Positions 31,901 to 41,100 of a DNA stretch of 64,000 bases are shown piece after piece. Made by a program: the position numbers and the translations under genes. The notes below the pieces were generated by a model. That model was given only the letters and a program-made list of their open reading frames with translations. It was not told the origin of the DNA and did no database searches. The stretch's first letter is position 1. Every line of letters starts with the position of its first letter. Location of the stretch: the IMG/VR virus record IMGVR_UViG_3300032073_005220, positions 93,015 through 157,014 of that record; one strand, 5' to 3'. The stretch is from a virus.

Positions 31901-32621
31901 TCTTTTTCCAAGATTGTACAAATCCACCAAAACTAAAATCTCCCATCTTAAAAAAAACTGGAGAATTAGTAATATTATATCCTCTATTATTATAGAAATC
32001 TAAAAAGTCCGTCGACGGTATACCGTCAGGGTTCTCTTCACTTGGGGGAACGCTATATAGTCTATTAGTATTTGGAGGTACTACAGATCCATCAAATTTA
32101 ATATTATTTGCATCTCCTAAAAAACCAGGATCTTTTTTGGTCCACCAATACTGATCTACCTGTAATGTTCCGCTATCGTAAGGCCGACGGAATTCATTTC
32201 CCTCAATATCCCTCCCTGCTGTAGCAGCAGGAAAATTAGTCTGATAATACACTTTGGCTTTAACTCTAGCTGTAGGATCACGCACACTGCAGGGCTGATT
32301 ATCTTTATTTATATAAATGTCTTCTTCTAGTCCTTGATAATAAGCATTAGCGGATATTCCCTTCCCAGGAGTACTACTAGAAGGATGTTGATCATCACCA
32401 CAGCCTACCGCAGTGTCTTCAGGCGATGTGTCTATTAGTGGAGCAGCATTATCGTTAACTAGATTTACAGTTAAAGTACTAGGTTGAGTGCCCCATCCTA
32501 GATTACAATTGTAGTCCATGACGCTAGCACCCAAAAAAATAGTTTGAGCAATAATCTTGCCATGCATTCTGTATTCTGTTTTACTTAAGCAATAATTTGG
32601 TCCATTAGCGTCATAGCTCAT
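25914..32621 (-). CDS. Very large tail protein (2235 aa), possible hub/central tail-tip component
   Basis: Uninterrupted ORF. The N-terminal FLGASV..LGWG..STLTVNL and SISELIDQICEDHGLDW resemble tail hub proteins; CPIC...CDSC motif. The role is inferred from context. Confidence 0.7.
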   Translation of the reverse strand: MSYDANGPNYCLSKTEYRMHGKIIAQTIFLGASVMDYNCNLGWGTQPSTLTVNLVNDNAAPLIDTSPEDTAVGCGDDQHPSSSTPGKGISANAYYQGLEEDIYINKDNQPCSVRDPTARVKAKVYYQTNFPAATAGRDIEGNEFRRPYDSGTLQVDQYWWTKKDPGFLGDANNIKFDGSVVPPNTNRLYSVPPSEENPDGIPSTDFLDFYNNRGYNITNSPVFFKMGDFSFGGFVQSWKKNKSNSGDIYTVVVNSPQSILNTCTVILDNYGGSIAGSLDSFDWSAPTNYVGNKLKYNNTDNSYGNMPNVFNVYGFLESFGVDYFGGSSYKQEEGFLVTDIVMGLRVLAGADDLTLRASTENNDFSPKNAFSPFGRIIAPTAHDPITGDFVTTNKWGLIAPTPGNWTGNNRCQFRLDLSDLHYAIMGSDKRIKADSMSISELIDQICEDHGLDWTTSMINTNDGWVIKVVAVSRRFAPLVNGIQSTVSKLVCDNFPVGSLSYGKEKNDASSRSLVIGPNQQRLYQTKNTRLAYTQSIYIYSPGDNVEDGEAGGCFVDYYTLGKIRVPELSSVDCDTNTGTRISVDFTKTFGYGKIRFPAFFSNRNPALDNRNTSLKNDEAVKAELGLAFNDRDAAFEDSEVNPNTTQIRSGNYGQSKFISHGVDVRYALDPCAGTSVTTLDIAEGSNITEQSKITARRFFPLYRDTICPFFGYLLENRYKIDAQNANTDFRRIRPVWYDFWTGQICVLFHKDELPATRIGLQGRYTSYKLNRASNVNILNSSVSFHTKGFDPGAPPEATEASPEEETATPSYTAEWFMVTESEIRSAMAGNDSFAAYNLGKIYKTDIYIMLHSAYVARSKAHFINEGHSDIRATEMALKENDWKWSFTNENTCGPEGNADLTENTGSTSMATFPGEARKDLDLVAAFIKSVGQEYYGKRYMVTAPYLQSRTEMEPYSFSLSNDQGTINVFKGGGEIRHSYEPCSDGDGAWEEYGNQIDDNIVCGDENWASLSNDKGQINPILGYNATYSFDYQRFALAKSSKLNAQNVLLNSDVDDLHPYFSYSAWDDAQALKRGDGLEKHKFYFENLLLSDLASNAGSFVIVDCMATNSLENTIASQNPFISPPKITGLDAFGQNHGAIKRKLYINCNVSPKFSFLDPEKMLDPRMMVETNILRLNNSSEQYQTDPANTVSATIGMEDLAIYTRAGGRHPDRIKILKGFFQPFISTFGSLQKSNSMGGNPTAQNTKISPKCAHPLFAGIPIKSNIYSYGPWTNYPALSPTSEVFATGIETYIGNSNVNYSSCEELVLELPSDDQKHKLIDNWIGDTKFEVVSDFAPWNFGGMRGLDENATKYVGANANYQTNIEVGSIDIAGSPIFNLGGSFGRNATNGYIKNVNQKEYFVFTEIKSNKSFAPPILTKLDEYMSLENPSYLEGTIPYAVADVSIVNEDGNRIRHDSYTQAPILTNIMTSMGQNGITTKYSFRTYTRKLSLFDRQDIERFKKMAQQNMLRKKEIGNLKRSIVNNRFTDRQAIRRGQIDAGNIPENSMTYGTSPVTTIVCTAHKFLPKFSGLDEKAMLSSFSAPGLLLGNDQEKAEVRYQHSDDPGGSGHIVGGFSDQSNDSQLPYLYLEHRVNTDTKIYTDSELGDSLRDEWSNSSVMSLDGIFSPISFYPTNTKSTYSISKYDRESCPICAGTKKVKRTYKKYPSSNTTLATGIVEYYCDSCVKPYEKLHAAAYSSTVTTTAQGELYPPFITTTGNSLEELKKYNALVYQSQIRDNTARLGLSLNIPINITTLQPIVMPQHEFRNANAQNYVGEHPDGAHQELQIAEKNRTFVDKGRNSISIIGRGSIYKEIVGAGFRSQTHLSQPGSVSKSTPVKNYDYDYLDSRFIDRFSDTDYPVTGISPEHNMRFVGLRGPMMIHGWGYDTEGYPVPNACDEPIDIDEFGRPKRFKRTRTLGPAVTYSSLAVGSAFLAESGNDKSETVKLANLTLQNDTDWSRGGGGDIGLSTDVYSVFYNDDLSEEGGYEPDEGYDGSIISKTQSYGTNGWTKKIKLKQFYLNWAERPDMWPVGPVDLRWDENRKVWGMTSPKVYKDVYITLEEDMVKDPDLDETFPARGFFDDASYSTQALADNQRKLVYVRDRSGYTAPRGARLFCRYDTDTGYYEPISKQQFIVYGTTTPGTNTATITMSYVQGKKKGDGAPSMVVTFKNPLTLSTINGVGMFTYSEGTWTLISTKD

Positions 32622-34576
32622 ATATCATCCCAGTTATTTTCTGTAGTGCATTGTTGGTAAGCCCATGAAATTGAACGACTATATCTACCTTCTGAAGGAT
32701 TCCAACTTTCATCATCTCGCCTAACGAACACCTGTCCTCTGCTTAAAGCGGCTCTAGAACCCCCAGGAAATACACTGTTATCTCTAGCCCCAAAAGGTCT
32801 TAAGCCTGATACCATTGCAGACACAAGATTATAAATACTACCACTTTTATATAAAGGGCAGGCTGTTTGCGTCATAAAAAAGCCATTGAATCCAGTAGGC
32901 GGCATTACAGTCAAATCAATATTTACATCTCTTGTAGTAGTAGTTTTAGCTCCTAAGTTTTGTAATACGGGACCTAGCTGCCTACCCAAAACAAAAACTT
33001 CTGCCAGCACATCTGTAGGCCCAGTATCGTTAACTGTTACACTTTCTGATATAGCTCCAGATATAGCAGATAATTTGTTACTAAACTCATAGCTGTAAGA
33101 TATAGATCCTTTTTTAGGATCAAATGTTTCACTAGTACTAATAGGAATAGGATTTAATAGACTTTCTCTACTATTGATAGGATTGTTTGTAGTACTAAAT
33201 CTATTATAGTTTGCAGGAACAAAGTCTGAAGTGTAAATTCCATCTCTAGATGTGTTTAAAGCTGTACTAGCTCTCCAATATAATAAATTTTTAATACCTC
33301 CAGTGTTATTAGTAGAACCATGCCAAGCTAGGGAGGCATTGTCAAATCTACTGGTTCCACTAGTAATTATACTTTCCCAGCCATCAGTCTTGCCTGTATA
33401 AGGCACCAATACGCCTCCAGTTATTGCTACTGCTTCACTGTCTCCAAGTGCTTTAAGCTCAACATCTCCACTAGGAGTCAAAGGCGTTCCATTTACAATA
33501 TAAGTAGAGCTGGCCCCTATAGCTCCTTGTATATTTCCATTTACTCTTATGGTTTTCTGGTACTTTTCATTAGTGCTAACCTCAAGAGTGTACTCTTCTG
33601 TAAATAAAGATCCACTTGGCATACTAGTCCAACTGTCAACAACTTGATACAATGCAGTATTCATATCAAAATTGACAGACCTAACAAAATCGTATTTTCT
33701 ATTAGGGTCTTCATCCGTCCTAGGGGCAACGCTTCTATTTCCATCTTGATTTTCTGCTGCGTCTAATCTACCACTTACCCATTTACCAGCATTTTCTAAC
33801 GCTTGTGCGTAAGCTTTTTCTACATCCTCTCCGCCTGTAAGACCTGTCCCGTTATCTCTAATGCCATTAGCAGCAACTGTATGTGTAACTTTAAATTTAG
33901 GGAAATTATATTCATGAACATTTTTACTTACAGCACCATTTGAAGTTTTGATCTTAGCATTCATAGTGATGTGTTCAAAATTAACTAAATCACTAACAGG
34001 CTCAATACTCCAACTGTCTATAGTATTTCTCACAGGAGCTTGTCCCACGCCTGTTATAAGGCCACTATTAACTCCTACAAAAGTCATATTATATGTTAAA
34101 TATTGTGTCCAATTATTTTCTGATTTATTTAGAGCTAAGTCTGTTGCCCTCGCAGAATCTAATTTATATAAAACATTCTCACTACCCTCAGGTCCACACT
34201 TAATTTCTAATGCTGCTATAGGGTTAGATAATAAGTGAGCTTCTAAGCCACTAGCTTTAGTAAGAAAAACTGATGGTCCAGCCCCGGTACTAATACCAGT
34301 AGCAATAATATAGCCTTCAACACTGACAGTATCTTCTACAGCTGTAGTGATACCTATATCGTTTTGAATAAAGTTTTTAGTAATACTAACGAGAGGAGAA
34401 GGAGCTTCATCAGTACCTACTTGACATATCTCTCTAAATCCGCTACCAGCATAAAAGATATCTGTGTGGTCATGAGCATCTCCCGTATTGTGTTGTATAC
34501 TAATACTATTTCCGCCCATCTGACTACTATTAGTATAGTCATCAAACAGAGGGTTAATAAATACTCCGTCATGCAT
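32618..34576 (-). CDS. Putative tail/baseplate structural protein (652 aa)
   Basis: Beta-rich ORF with recurring 'ETFDP..GSISYSYEF' / 'ESWNP.EGRYSRSISW' elements; ATGA overlap with the next gene. Confidence 0.65.
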   Translation of the reverse strand: MHDGVFINPLFDDYTNSSQMGGNSISIQHNTGDAHDHTDIFYAGSGFREICQVGTDEAPSPLVSITKNFIQNDIGITTAVEDTVSVEGYIIATGISTGAGPSVFLTKASGLEAHLLSNPIAALEIKCGPEGSENVLYKLDSARATDLALNKSENNWTQYLTYNMTFVGVNSGLITGVGQAPVRNTIDSWSIEPVSDLVNFEHITMNAKIKTSNGAVSKNVHEYNFPKFKVTHTVAANGIRDNGTGLTGGEDVEKAYAQALENAGKWVSGRLDAAENQDGNRSVAPRTDEDPNRKYDFVRSVNFDMNTALYQVVDSWTSMPSGSLFTEEYTLEVSTNEKYQKTIRVNGNIQGAIGASSTYIVNGTPLTPSGDVELKALGDSEAVAITGGVLVPYTGKTDGWESIITSGTSRFDNASLAWHGSTNNTGGIKNLLYWRASTALNTSRDGIYTSDFVPANYNRFSTTNNPINSRESLLNPIPISTSETFDPKKGSISYSYEFSNKLSAISGAISESVTVNDTGPTDVLAEVFVLGRQLGPVLQNLGAKTTTTRDVNIDLTVMPPTGFNGFFMTQTACPLYKSGSIYNLVSAMVSGLRPFGARDNSVFPGGSRAALSRGQVFVRRDDESWNPSEGRYSRSISWAYQQCTTENNWDDI

Positions 34577-34600
34577 TATGTTTTATCCTTAATGTTCCTA

Positions 34601-36232
34601 TTAGCTTCTCTTTACAATACCAAAATGACCATTATTAATTTCTGTGGGTGTCCATTTTTTAGCGGGAGTGTGTAATGAGTTCTCCATCAAATACTGATTT
34701 TGATATCTATAAACAGTACCAGTAACACTAAATTGTTGACCAATACCACTAACATCATAATCGTTAGTTAAAGGCAAGTCTCCAGAAGGAGCAAATACAT
34801 TTTGAAATTGAACTCCTGTGCTTACTGCTCTAGAAGAATTAGTAATCTTAATTCCTCCAATAACATAATTGTTAATATTCAGAGCAGCATCGATGGTGAT
34901 GTTATCAAAGTTAAACATTAAAGCATTATTATTATTTTCTGCATAAACGTAAGTATTATCTCCATCATCATCTTGCAAGTATTGTTTCACGTCGGTATTG
35001 TTGATGTCTGCATAACCATCATCTGCACTAAATTGTCTCCAAGATCCACTCTGATTAATACCAGTAGTATCTGGGAACAGAGCAAACACTTTCGTGCTAG
35101 AGCCTAAGAAATTATCCGCATGAGTAATACTTGCACTAGTTAAGCCAGTATTAGCAATAATGTAAATATCGTCAATCCAAGTAGAATCATTCAAAACTTT
35201 TGTATTAGGACCGCTAGTATCAGCAGTATCAAAACGAGCAACTCCCGTTCTAGATCCATACCAATCTATTCTATCAAAAAATACATTTGATGTAGCAGTA
35301 TGAAAATACTTACCCTCTAATCCTACGACAGTTTGATCATCTTGAGTTTTTCCTCTCTCGTACAAATTCATACCATTAAGTCTAATTTGCATTTCGTAAT
35401 GACTATTTGTGGCGCTATTTGCGGCAGTACCAGTAGGCAAAATAGATAGTTCTACAAAAAGTCCGTTGTAATAATCATCTCCATTAAATGTAGCAGTGCC
35501 CGCAACTTTATCTGATGCGCTATTTTCTTTAAATGTTGATATAATTCTTTGATCTGTTCTTGTATAGTTACTGTCTGAAGCAGGCTGTAAATAATTCCAA
35601 GTAGATCCTAGCACATTAGTATCAAAATATTTTTCTACCCAAGCTGTACCTGCTGCATCTGGCGTACGAACTCTAAGGCTCAAATTTCTAGAATCACTAA
35701 CCGAAATAGTATCAGAATATCCTGAAGGAGCACCCGTAGAATGAATTACATCAATCTCTATAACTCCACTAGTATTAGCAAAATCACTACTGTAATTAAA
35801 CGAATTGTTATTATAAATCTTTAATAGTCTTTGAGCAAAATTAGGTGCAAGAGTACCGCTAGGTTCACTAGCTAATTTGTTAATATAAAAACCTATTCCA
35901 ATACCTCTTACATTTGTTCCGTCGTCATTAGTAGTAATTTGACTAAAAGTCTGAGGAAAGCCTGTTAATGCAATAATACCTTGACCTGTATATACTCTGT
36001 TATTACCGGCTAGGTCAGTATGATCATGAGGAGAAAGTTTATACATGTTAAATTTTGTATCGGTTGAGCCATCACCCCAGCCTGCAGGATCAAGTCTAGG
36101 ATGCTGACCAATACTGCCAACACCAGATGGCTTAAGCCAATATGACGGGTCTAGATTTACTCCGACTTGAGTAAAATCTGTAGTAAAATCTGTAGTAAAC
36201 CCTTCAAAAAATATAGTGTTTGGATTGCTCAT
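34601..36232 (-). CDS. Putative tail-tip/receptor-binding beta-sandwich protein (paralog A)
   Basis: AGGAG RBS; IFFEGF...LDPSYW N-terminus and IDDIYI...LGS motif, shared with the adjacent 589-aa gene. Confidence 0.7.
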   Translation of the reverse strand: MSNPNTIFFEGFTTDFTTDFTQVGVNLDPSYWLKPSGVGSIGQHPRLDPAGWGDGSTDTKFNMYKLSPHDHTDLAGNNRVYTGQGIIALTGFPQTFSQITTNDDGTNVRGIGIGFYINKLASEPSGTLAPNFAQRLLKIYNNNSFNYSSDFANTSGVIEIDVIHSTGAPSGYSDTISVSDSRNLSLRVRTPDAAGTAWVEKYFDTNVLGSTWNYLQPASDSNYTRTDQRIISTFKENSASDKVAGTATFNGDDYYNGLFVELSILPTGTAANSATNSHYEMQIRLNGMNLYERGKTQDDQTVVGLEGKYFHTATSNVFFDRIDWYGSRTGVARFDTADTSGPNTKVLNDSTWIDDIYIIANTGLTSASITHADNFLGSSTKVFALFPDTTGINQSGSWRQFSADDGYADINNTDVKQYLQDDDGDNTYVYAENNNNALMFNFDNITIDAALNINNYVIGGIKITNSSRAVSTGVQFQNVFAPSGDLPLTNDYDVSGIGQQFSVTGTVYRYQNQYLMENSLHTPAKKWTPTEINNGHFGIVKRS

Positions 36233-36296
36233 CTCTTCTCCTATTAAGATATCTATAGTTCAGGCTGGTAAGTCTTTGATAGTAGTCCGATAATAT

Positions 36297-36309
36297 TAGT
36301 ATATACACC
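36297..36309 (-). promoter_or_regulatory. Candidate phage late-promoter motif GGTGTATATACTA
   Basis: Lies in the 114-nt intergenic gap; the same GTGTATAT core occurs in the gap before the tape-measure gene. Confidence 0.4.
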
Positions 36310-36346
36310 AATGGTAATATGAATAAATATTATTTTGGCCAATTTA

Positions 36347-38116
36347 TCAAGGTATGTAGTCTAAGTTTTGTGGCGAAGTATTGCTATAATGAGGTATATT
36401 CAAAGAGGCTGTGGTATTTGGAGGAGGATAAGTTCCATAGTCTGATAATGACCAATTTAGCATAGGGGCTTTGGTTCCAGCCACCACGTTATTTTTATAA
36501 ATTTTGTTATCTGATCCATCATACACATACCAGCCAGCATTACTGTCTCCTGTATTATCATAGGATATATAATACCCATTATCTTTTGTATTAGAGTAGG
36601 TTTTAAGAAAATTAGATTGTATAGAAGATCCTCCGCTAGATTGATCGCAATATATACCATTAGCTTGATCCGATCCTGCTCCTTGTATTATATATCCTCC
36701 ATTACTCTCACAGTCTGAAGTAACGGTGCCTGCGACTACCCCCATCTTTAATCTTTGTATATCTATTTTTGTCCAATTAGTATTTGTGGTAGGGTTAGTA
36801 AATGAAAAATGATTATTTTGTTGAAAACTTCTAGAGTCTACAGATTTTACAGAACCTAAAGAAACGAACGGCCCATTCTTTCCTCCCTGCCAATTCCAAT
36901 CGCTGGGATTTCCACCAGATACCATAACATTATTGTATTTTTTAACACCAAAGTCGGATTGATCTATATTGATTACTTTTACTCCGTCTATAATACTATT
37001 ATTGGTATTGATATTATCGTAACCGTTTATTACAATAGCTCCACTGACATTAGCCCCTATCCATGTTTGATTGTCGTTAGAACTTAGTATGCCCGTAGCT
37101 ATATTAGGTAAATCTTGATTTCTACTCCAAAAATCGTTCTTAAAAACTTGATTAGGGGTTGATCTAAATATTCTCACAGAAGCTCCTAAATTAACGTCGG
37201 ATGCTGCTGCTCCTGACGCTAAATATAAATCATCTATTATTCTGTATTCATTTTGAAATGTATTATACTTACTATATCCATAGCCCTGACTGTCAGCATC
37301 ACATTCTCCACTGGCGTGATGTGTTCCGTGAAACTCCACTCTATCTAAATTATTAAATCCGCTAATACTAATTCCTGTACTAGCCGTGATCCCTGAGCCA
37401 TCAACATTGATATGTATAGTTCCTGTAGTAGCTGGAACTGCTCCGTCATTGGCTTGTCCAAATATTTCTAGATATATAGCTGATGATGTCACAATTTCTG
37501 GTTTTTGCTGAACGCATAAGTCTGTGACCATTTCATTGGTTCGAATAGAGTTAGAAGGAGTAAATAATCTCCAGGTTTTCCTATCGTTTTCAGTGCTAAC
37601 AGTATGTGTTCTTTGTTGTAGAAAATGCTTAGAATTATTCTGCTTTCCTCCAGGCAAAGGAGCATAAAACAAAGGCACTTCGAAATTATTAGAATTTTGT
37701 TGCACCTCTATTGCAATACCAGAATCAGCCATCCAGGTTGTATTAATATCAAAAATTAAACCCGTTCCACTATAAAAAGATAATAATTTTTCACGATAAG
37801 GAGCAGAACTACCATTACCGCTAGTGTTAGTTTGTATGTGACTAATAAAACAACCCAGGCCATAATAAGATTGACTATCGCCAATTGAAGGGAATCCTGA
37901 AAGCATTAGTGATGCAGAATTAAGCGTTGCTGTTTCAGCACTTCTTGATGGTATAATATGTGCATTATTAGTTCGTCCTTTTTTAAATTGATACAAACCA
38001 TAATCTGGTTTAGATATAGAGGCATCTGCACTTACTCCAGACCAATAAGTAGGATCTAGAGTAGTGTAATCAGAATCGCTATAATTAAAACTTTCAAAAA
38101 AAATACAGCCCATCAT
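36347..38116 (-). CDS. Putative tail-tip/receptor-binding beta-sandwich protein (paralog B)
   Basis: IFFESF...LDPTYW and IDDLYL...LGAS motifs; extra C-terminal domain (GAGSDQANGIYC...). Confidence 0.7.
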   Translation of the reverse strand: MMGCIFFESFNYSDSDYTTLDPTYWSGVSADASISKPDYGLYQFKKGRTNNAHIIPSRSAETATLNSASLMLSGFPSIGDSQSYYGLGCFISHIQTNTSGNGSSAPYREKLLSFYSGTGLIFDINTTWMADSGIAIEVQQNSNNFEVPLFYAPLPGGKQNNSKHFLQQRTHTVSTENDRKTWRLFTPSNSIRTNEMVTDLCVQQKPEIVTSSAIYLEIFGQANDGAVPATTGTIHINVDGSGITASTGISISGFNNLDRVEFHGTHHASGECDADSQGYGYSKYNTFQNEYRIIDDLYLASGAAASDVNLGASVRIFRSTPNQVFKNDFWSRNQDLPNIATGILSSNDNQTWIGANVSGAIVINGYDNINTNNSIIDGVKVINIDQSDFGVKKYNNVMVSGGNPSDWNWQGGKNGPFVSLGSVKSVDSRSFQQNNHFSFTNPTTNTNWTKIDIQRLKMGVVAGTVTSDCESNGGYIIQGAGSDQANGIYCDQSSGGSSIQSNFLKTYSNTKDNGYYISYDNTGDSNAGWYVYDGSDNKIYKNNVVAGTKAPMLNWSLSDYGTYPPPNTTASLNIPHYSNTSPQNLDYIP

Positions 38117-38121
38117 ATCTC

Positions 38122-41100
38122 CTAAGGAATGATATATCTAGTTGGTATTACAAGTATGTTAAATTCATCGCTAGGATCAGCCTGTCTAGTCATAATGTCT
38201 AGTAAAATAGCACTAATATTTAACTTATAAGGATCATTAAGCAACGACTCAATCATATATAGACTATCTTCTGCCACATCAATATCCTCTATTCTGCCTT
38301 GAAGAACATCAACATCATCCAACCCTTCGTGTACAACAGAACTAGCGGTTCGTCCAATAAAAATATCTCGATTTTCCAAAGAGTTATTTATAATAGTAGT
38401 ATGATCAGGTGTTGCTGCAAGATTTAGGTAGTTATAATTAAACATGTCAATATAACTATAGGAAATATTTGCTTTTTTCTGCCTTAGGTCATAATTAAAC
38501 ATATCTATAAAACTAGTACTTATATTACCTATTCCTTCTTTTGGTTTGGATATATGTACATCCATATAAATAGCGCTATCATTCAATCTTTTAATAGCAG
38601 GAGGAAGATGGTTAAATACAGACAAATCTATATAAGAGCCAGCTAAAATTTCTCCTGTATGAGTAGATAGTGTTTCGACATCTGTTAGGGTGTTATGTAA
38701 TATTTCCGTATTCTGACCAGCAAACACCTCTAAATTTTTATGCTGACTATGTAATCTTTCTTCAGGTTCTGTTTTGAAGACACCTATAAGATCGTAAGAC
38801 AATAGATGTTTTTCTGATGGTTCGCTAAATATTAAATCCGTAATAGTAAAAGAATTAATATATTTGTTATTAGAAGGATCTTCATGAGCAATAAAGTCTT
38901 GTGATATTGCAGAAATAGTGAATCTTTGGTCTCTGCTTTCTGCCATTAAGTCCATAGAATTATTACTATAATATATATAATCTTTCCCTTTGTTCGCAAT
39001 AACATCAAATTGATGATAAGAGGTTCTAGTTAAATCTTTTTTAGGAACAAAAACTTCTGAAGACTGATGAGATACTACGGCTTTTTCTTGTGGAGATTCA
39101 GACAGAACTTCATGAGACAAGAGCGAATGCACAGTATCTACTCTTGGAGATGGAGGTGGCGTAGGAGCGCATTGATTTGGTCTATAGGCCAATCTTTCAA
39201 AACCTCCCATGAAATCATCAATAGCTGAATGATAGGAGAAAATAGTGGCCGGAATTTTTATAGGAGGGCCTTGATCTATTGCAAGAGGCTCTAGGTATAC
39301 TGTCATGGTGGGATAGTAATACGTGTGTGTTCCTACAGTACCGCCTAATGGGTATACTGTTGGATTATCTCCAGAGACTACAATCCAAAAAGCGAAAGCC
39401 CCTTGACCATCAAGAATAGTCATAGGGTGAGTAGCTGGTATATTAGTAAATTTATAGTACTTACCGTCAGTTAAACATAATTTTTGATTAGAATCAAGAG
39501 GATTAAAGTCTGTTTCTCCTGCTATGTCTGGAGTATTTTCCTCTGTTATATCAAAGACGTAATACTGTTGACCTCCTGGACTTCCTGAAATAGAAACCGG
39601 GATTTCTTCAGGCTGTATTGGCAAGCATACACACTCTCCAGTAAATGTATCGTCTTCTCCTGTTCTCGGACCTCCAGTACCTGGACCGGGGCCTGGACCT
39701 GGACCTGGACCGGGACCTGGGCCGGGGCCTGGACCGGGACCGGGGCCTGGCGGAGGTGGAGGTGGCGGCGGTCCTGGTGGCGGTCCTCCTCCTGCAGGTA
39801 GCTCGCATTTGTGTGTTGTGCATTTAGTAGTGGCGAATTGAGATATATAAAGTTCTCCCCTGCCAAAAGTATTATCATCTGTTTCTACAAAAAATCCGAA
39901 CTTATTAGTAGCAAAAACAATGATAGCAACTTCTTCTCCCTTGTCTGATTCTCCTGTATCTCTATTCTCTGGAGCATCAGAAAGAACAGTATAGCGGTCA
40001 TTCACGAAATAACCAGCTCTGTCATGTCTTTCTGCATCTAAAGTATTGTAAGCCCATTTGAAACATATGAGAGTGGACTCTGGAACTTCTATCTCAAATT
40101 TTGTTAAACCTTTTAGTCCTTCATGAGCATCAGAGTCTCCACCGTATAAAATAAAAGAATAAGGTGTTGTAGGATCATCAAACTCATCAGTAGTATCTAC
40201 ATAACCATCTGAATTCTCATTAGATAAAACCCAATTATCTATTAAATAATCACACTGGAAATAACAACACTCGTTAGTAGGCGTTGGAGTAGGAGTATAT
40301 GTTTGAGAAGGAGTAATTGATATTGTCGGAGTTTGAGTATTAGTAGGTGTTGCAGTGTGGGTTGGTGTTGGGGTGTGTGTTGGAGTATGGGTATTTGTTG
40401 GTGTGTGAGTTGGAGTGTGGGTTTGACTTTGGGTGATTGACGGAGTAAGACTGTGTGTAGGACTCTGACTTTGTGTGAGGCTTATTGTGGGAGTAAATGA
40501 AGGCGTTTGAGTATGACTAGGAGTCAGAGATGGTGTGTGAGTATTTGTGGGAGTATGTGTTGGAGTATGTGTTGGCGTATGAGTATTTGTAGGAGTATGA
40601 GTAGGAGTGTGTGTTGGGGTTGAAGTAATTGTTGGTGTTATTGTTGCCGTAGGAGTAATAGTCGGAGTTTGTGTAACTGTCTGAGTAGGAGTGGGAGAAT
40701 TCGCAGGTCTCGGTCTTGGTGGTGGAGGATCATCGTCGGGATTCAATGGGTCATTATCTGTGTCGGTACTTGGATTTCCCGGAGGAGGTGGCGGTGGTGG
40801 CGGAGGAGGACCAGCAGCTGCTGTTTCTCTACCTTCTGGATCATCTTCCCAAGGAGGTTTATTTGTGCAGATAGGGCCATACTCAAAACTTACAGCATTA
40901 GAAATACATTCTATGTCAGATCTTGGATAGGGTCTATTATATCTGTCTTCTAGGTAAATTTTATATCTTTGAATACTATATTGAGGATATATATCTGTTA
41001 GTATAAAACCTTCGTTCATTACTTGAAAAGCAGCAATTCTTGAATATTCACCGTTGTCGTAAGACGCTTCTATAATTATATGAGTGAAAACTCCTATTCT

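Noticed and set aside
39546-39878. Three short ORFs over the Pro-Gly repeat (RSRSRP, DLDLDR types)
   Set aside because: Frame shadows of the hexamer repeat within the 1501-aa gene.
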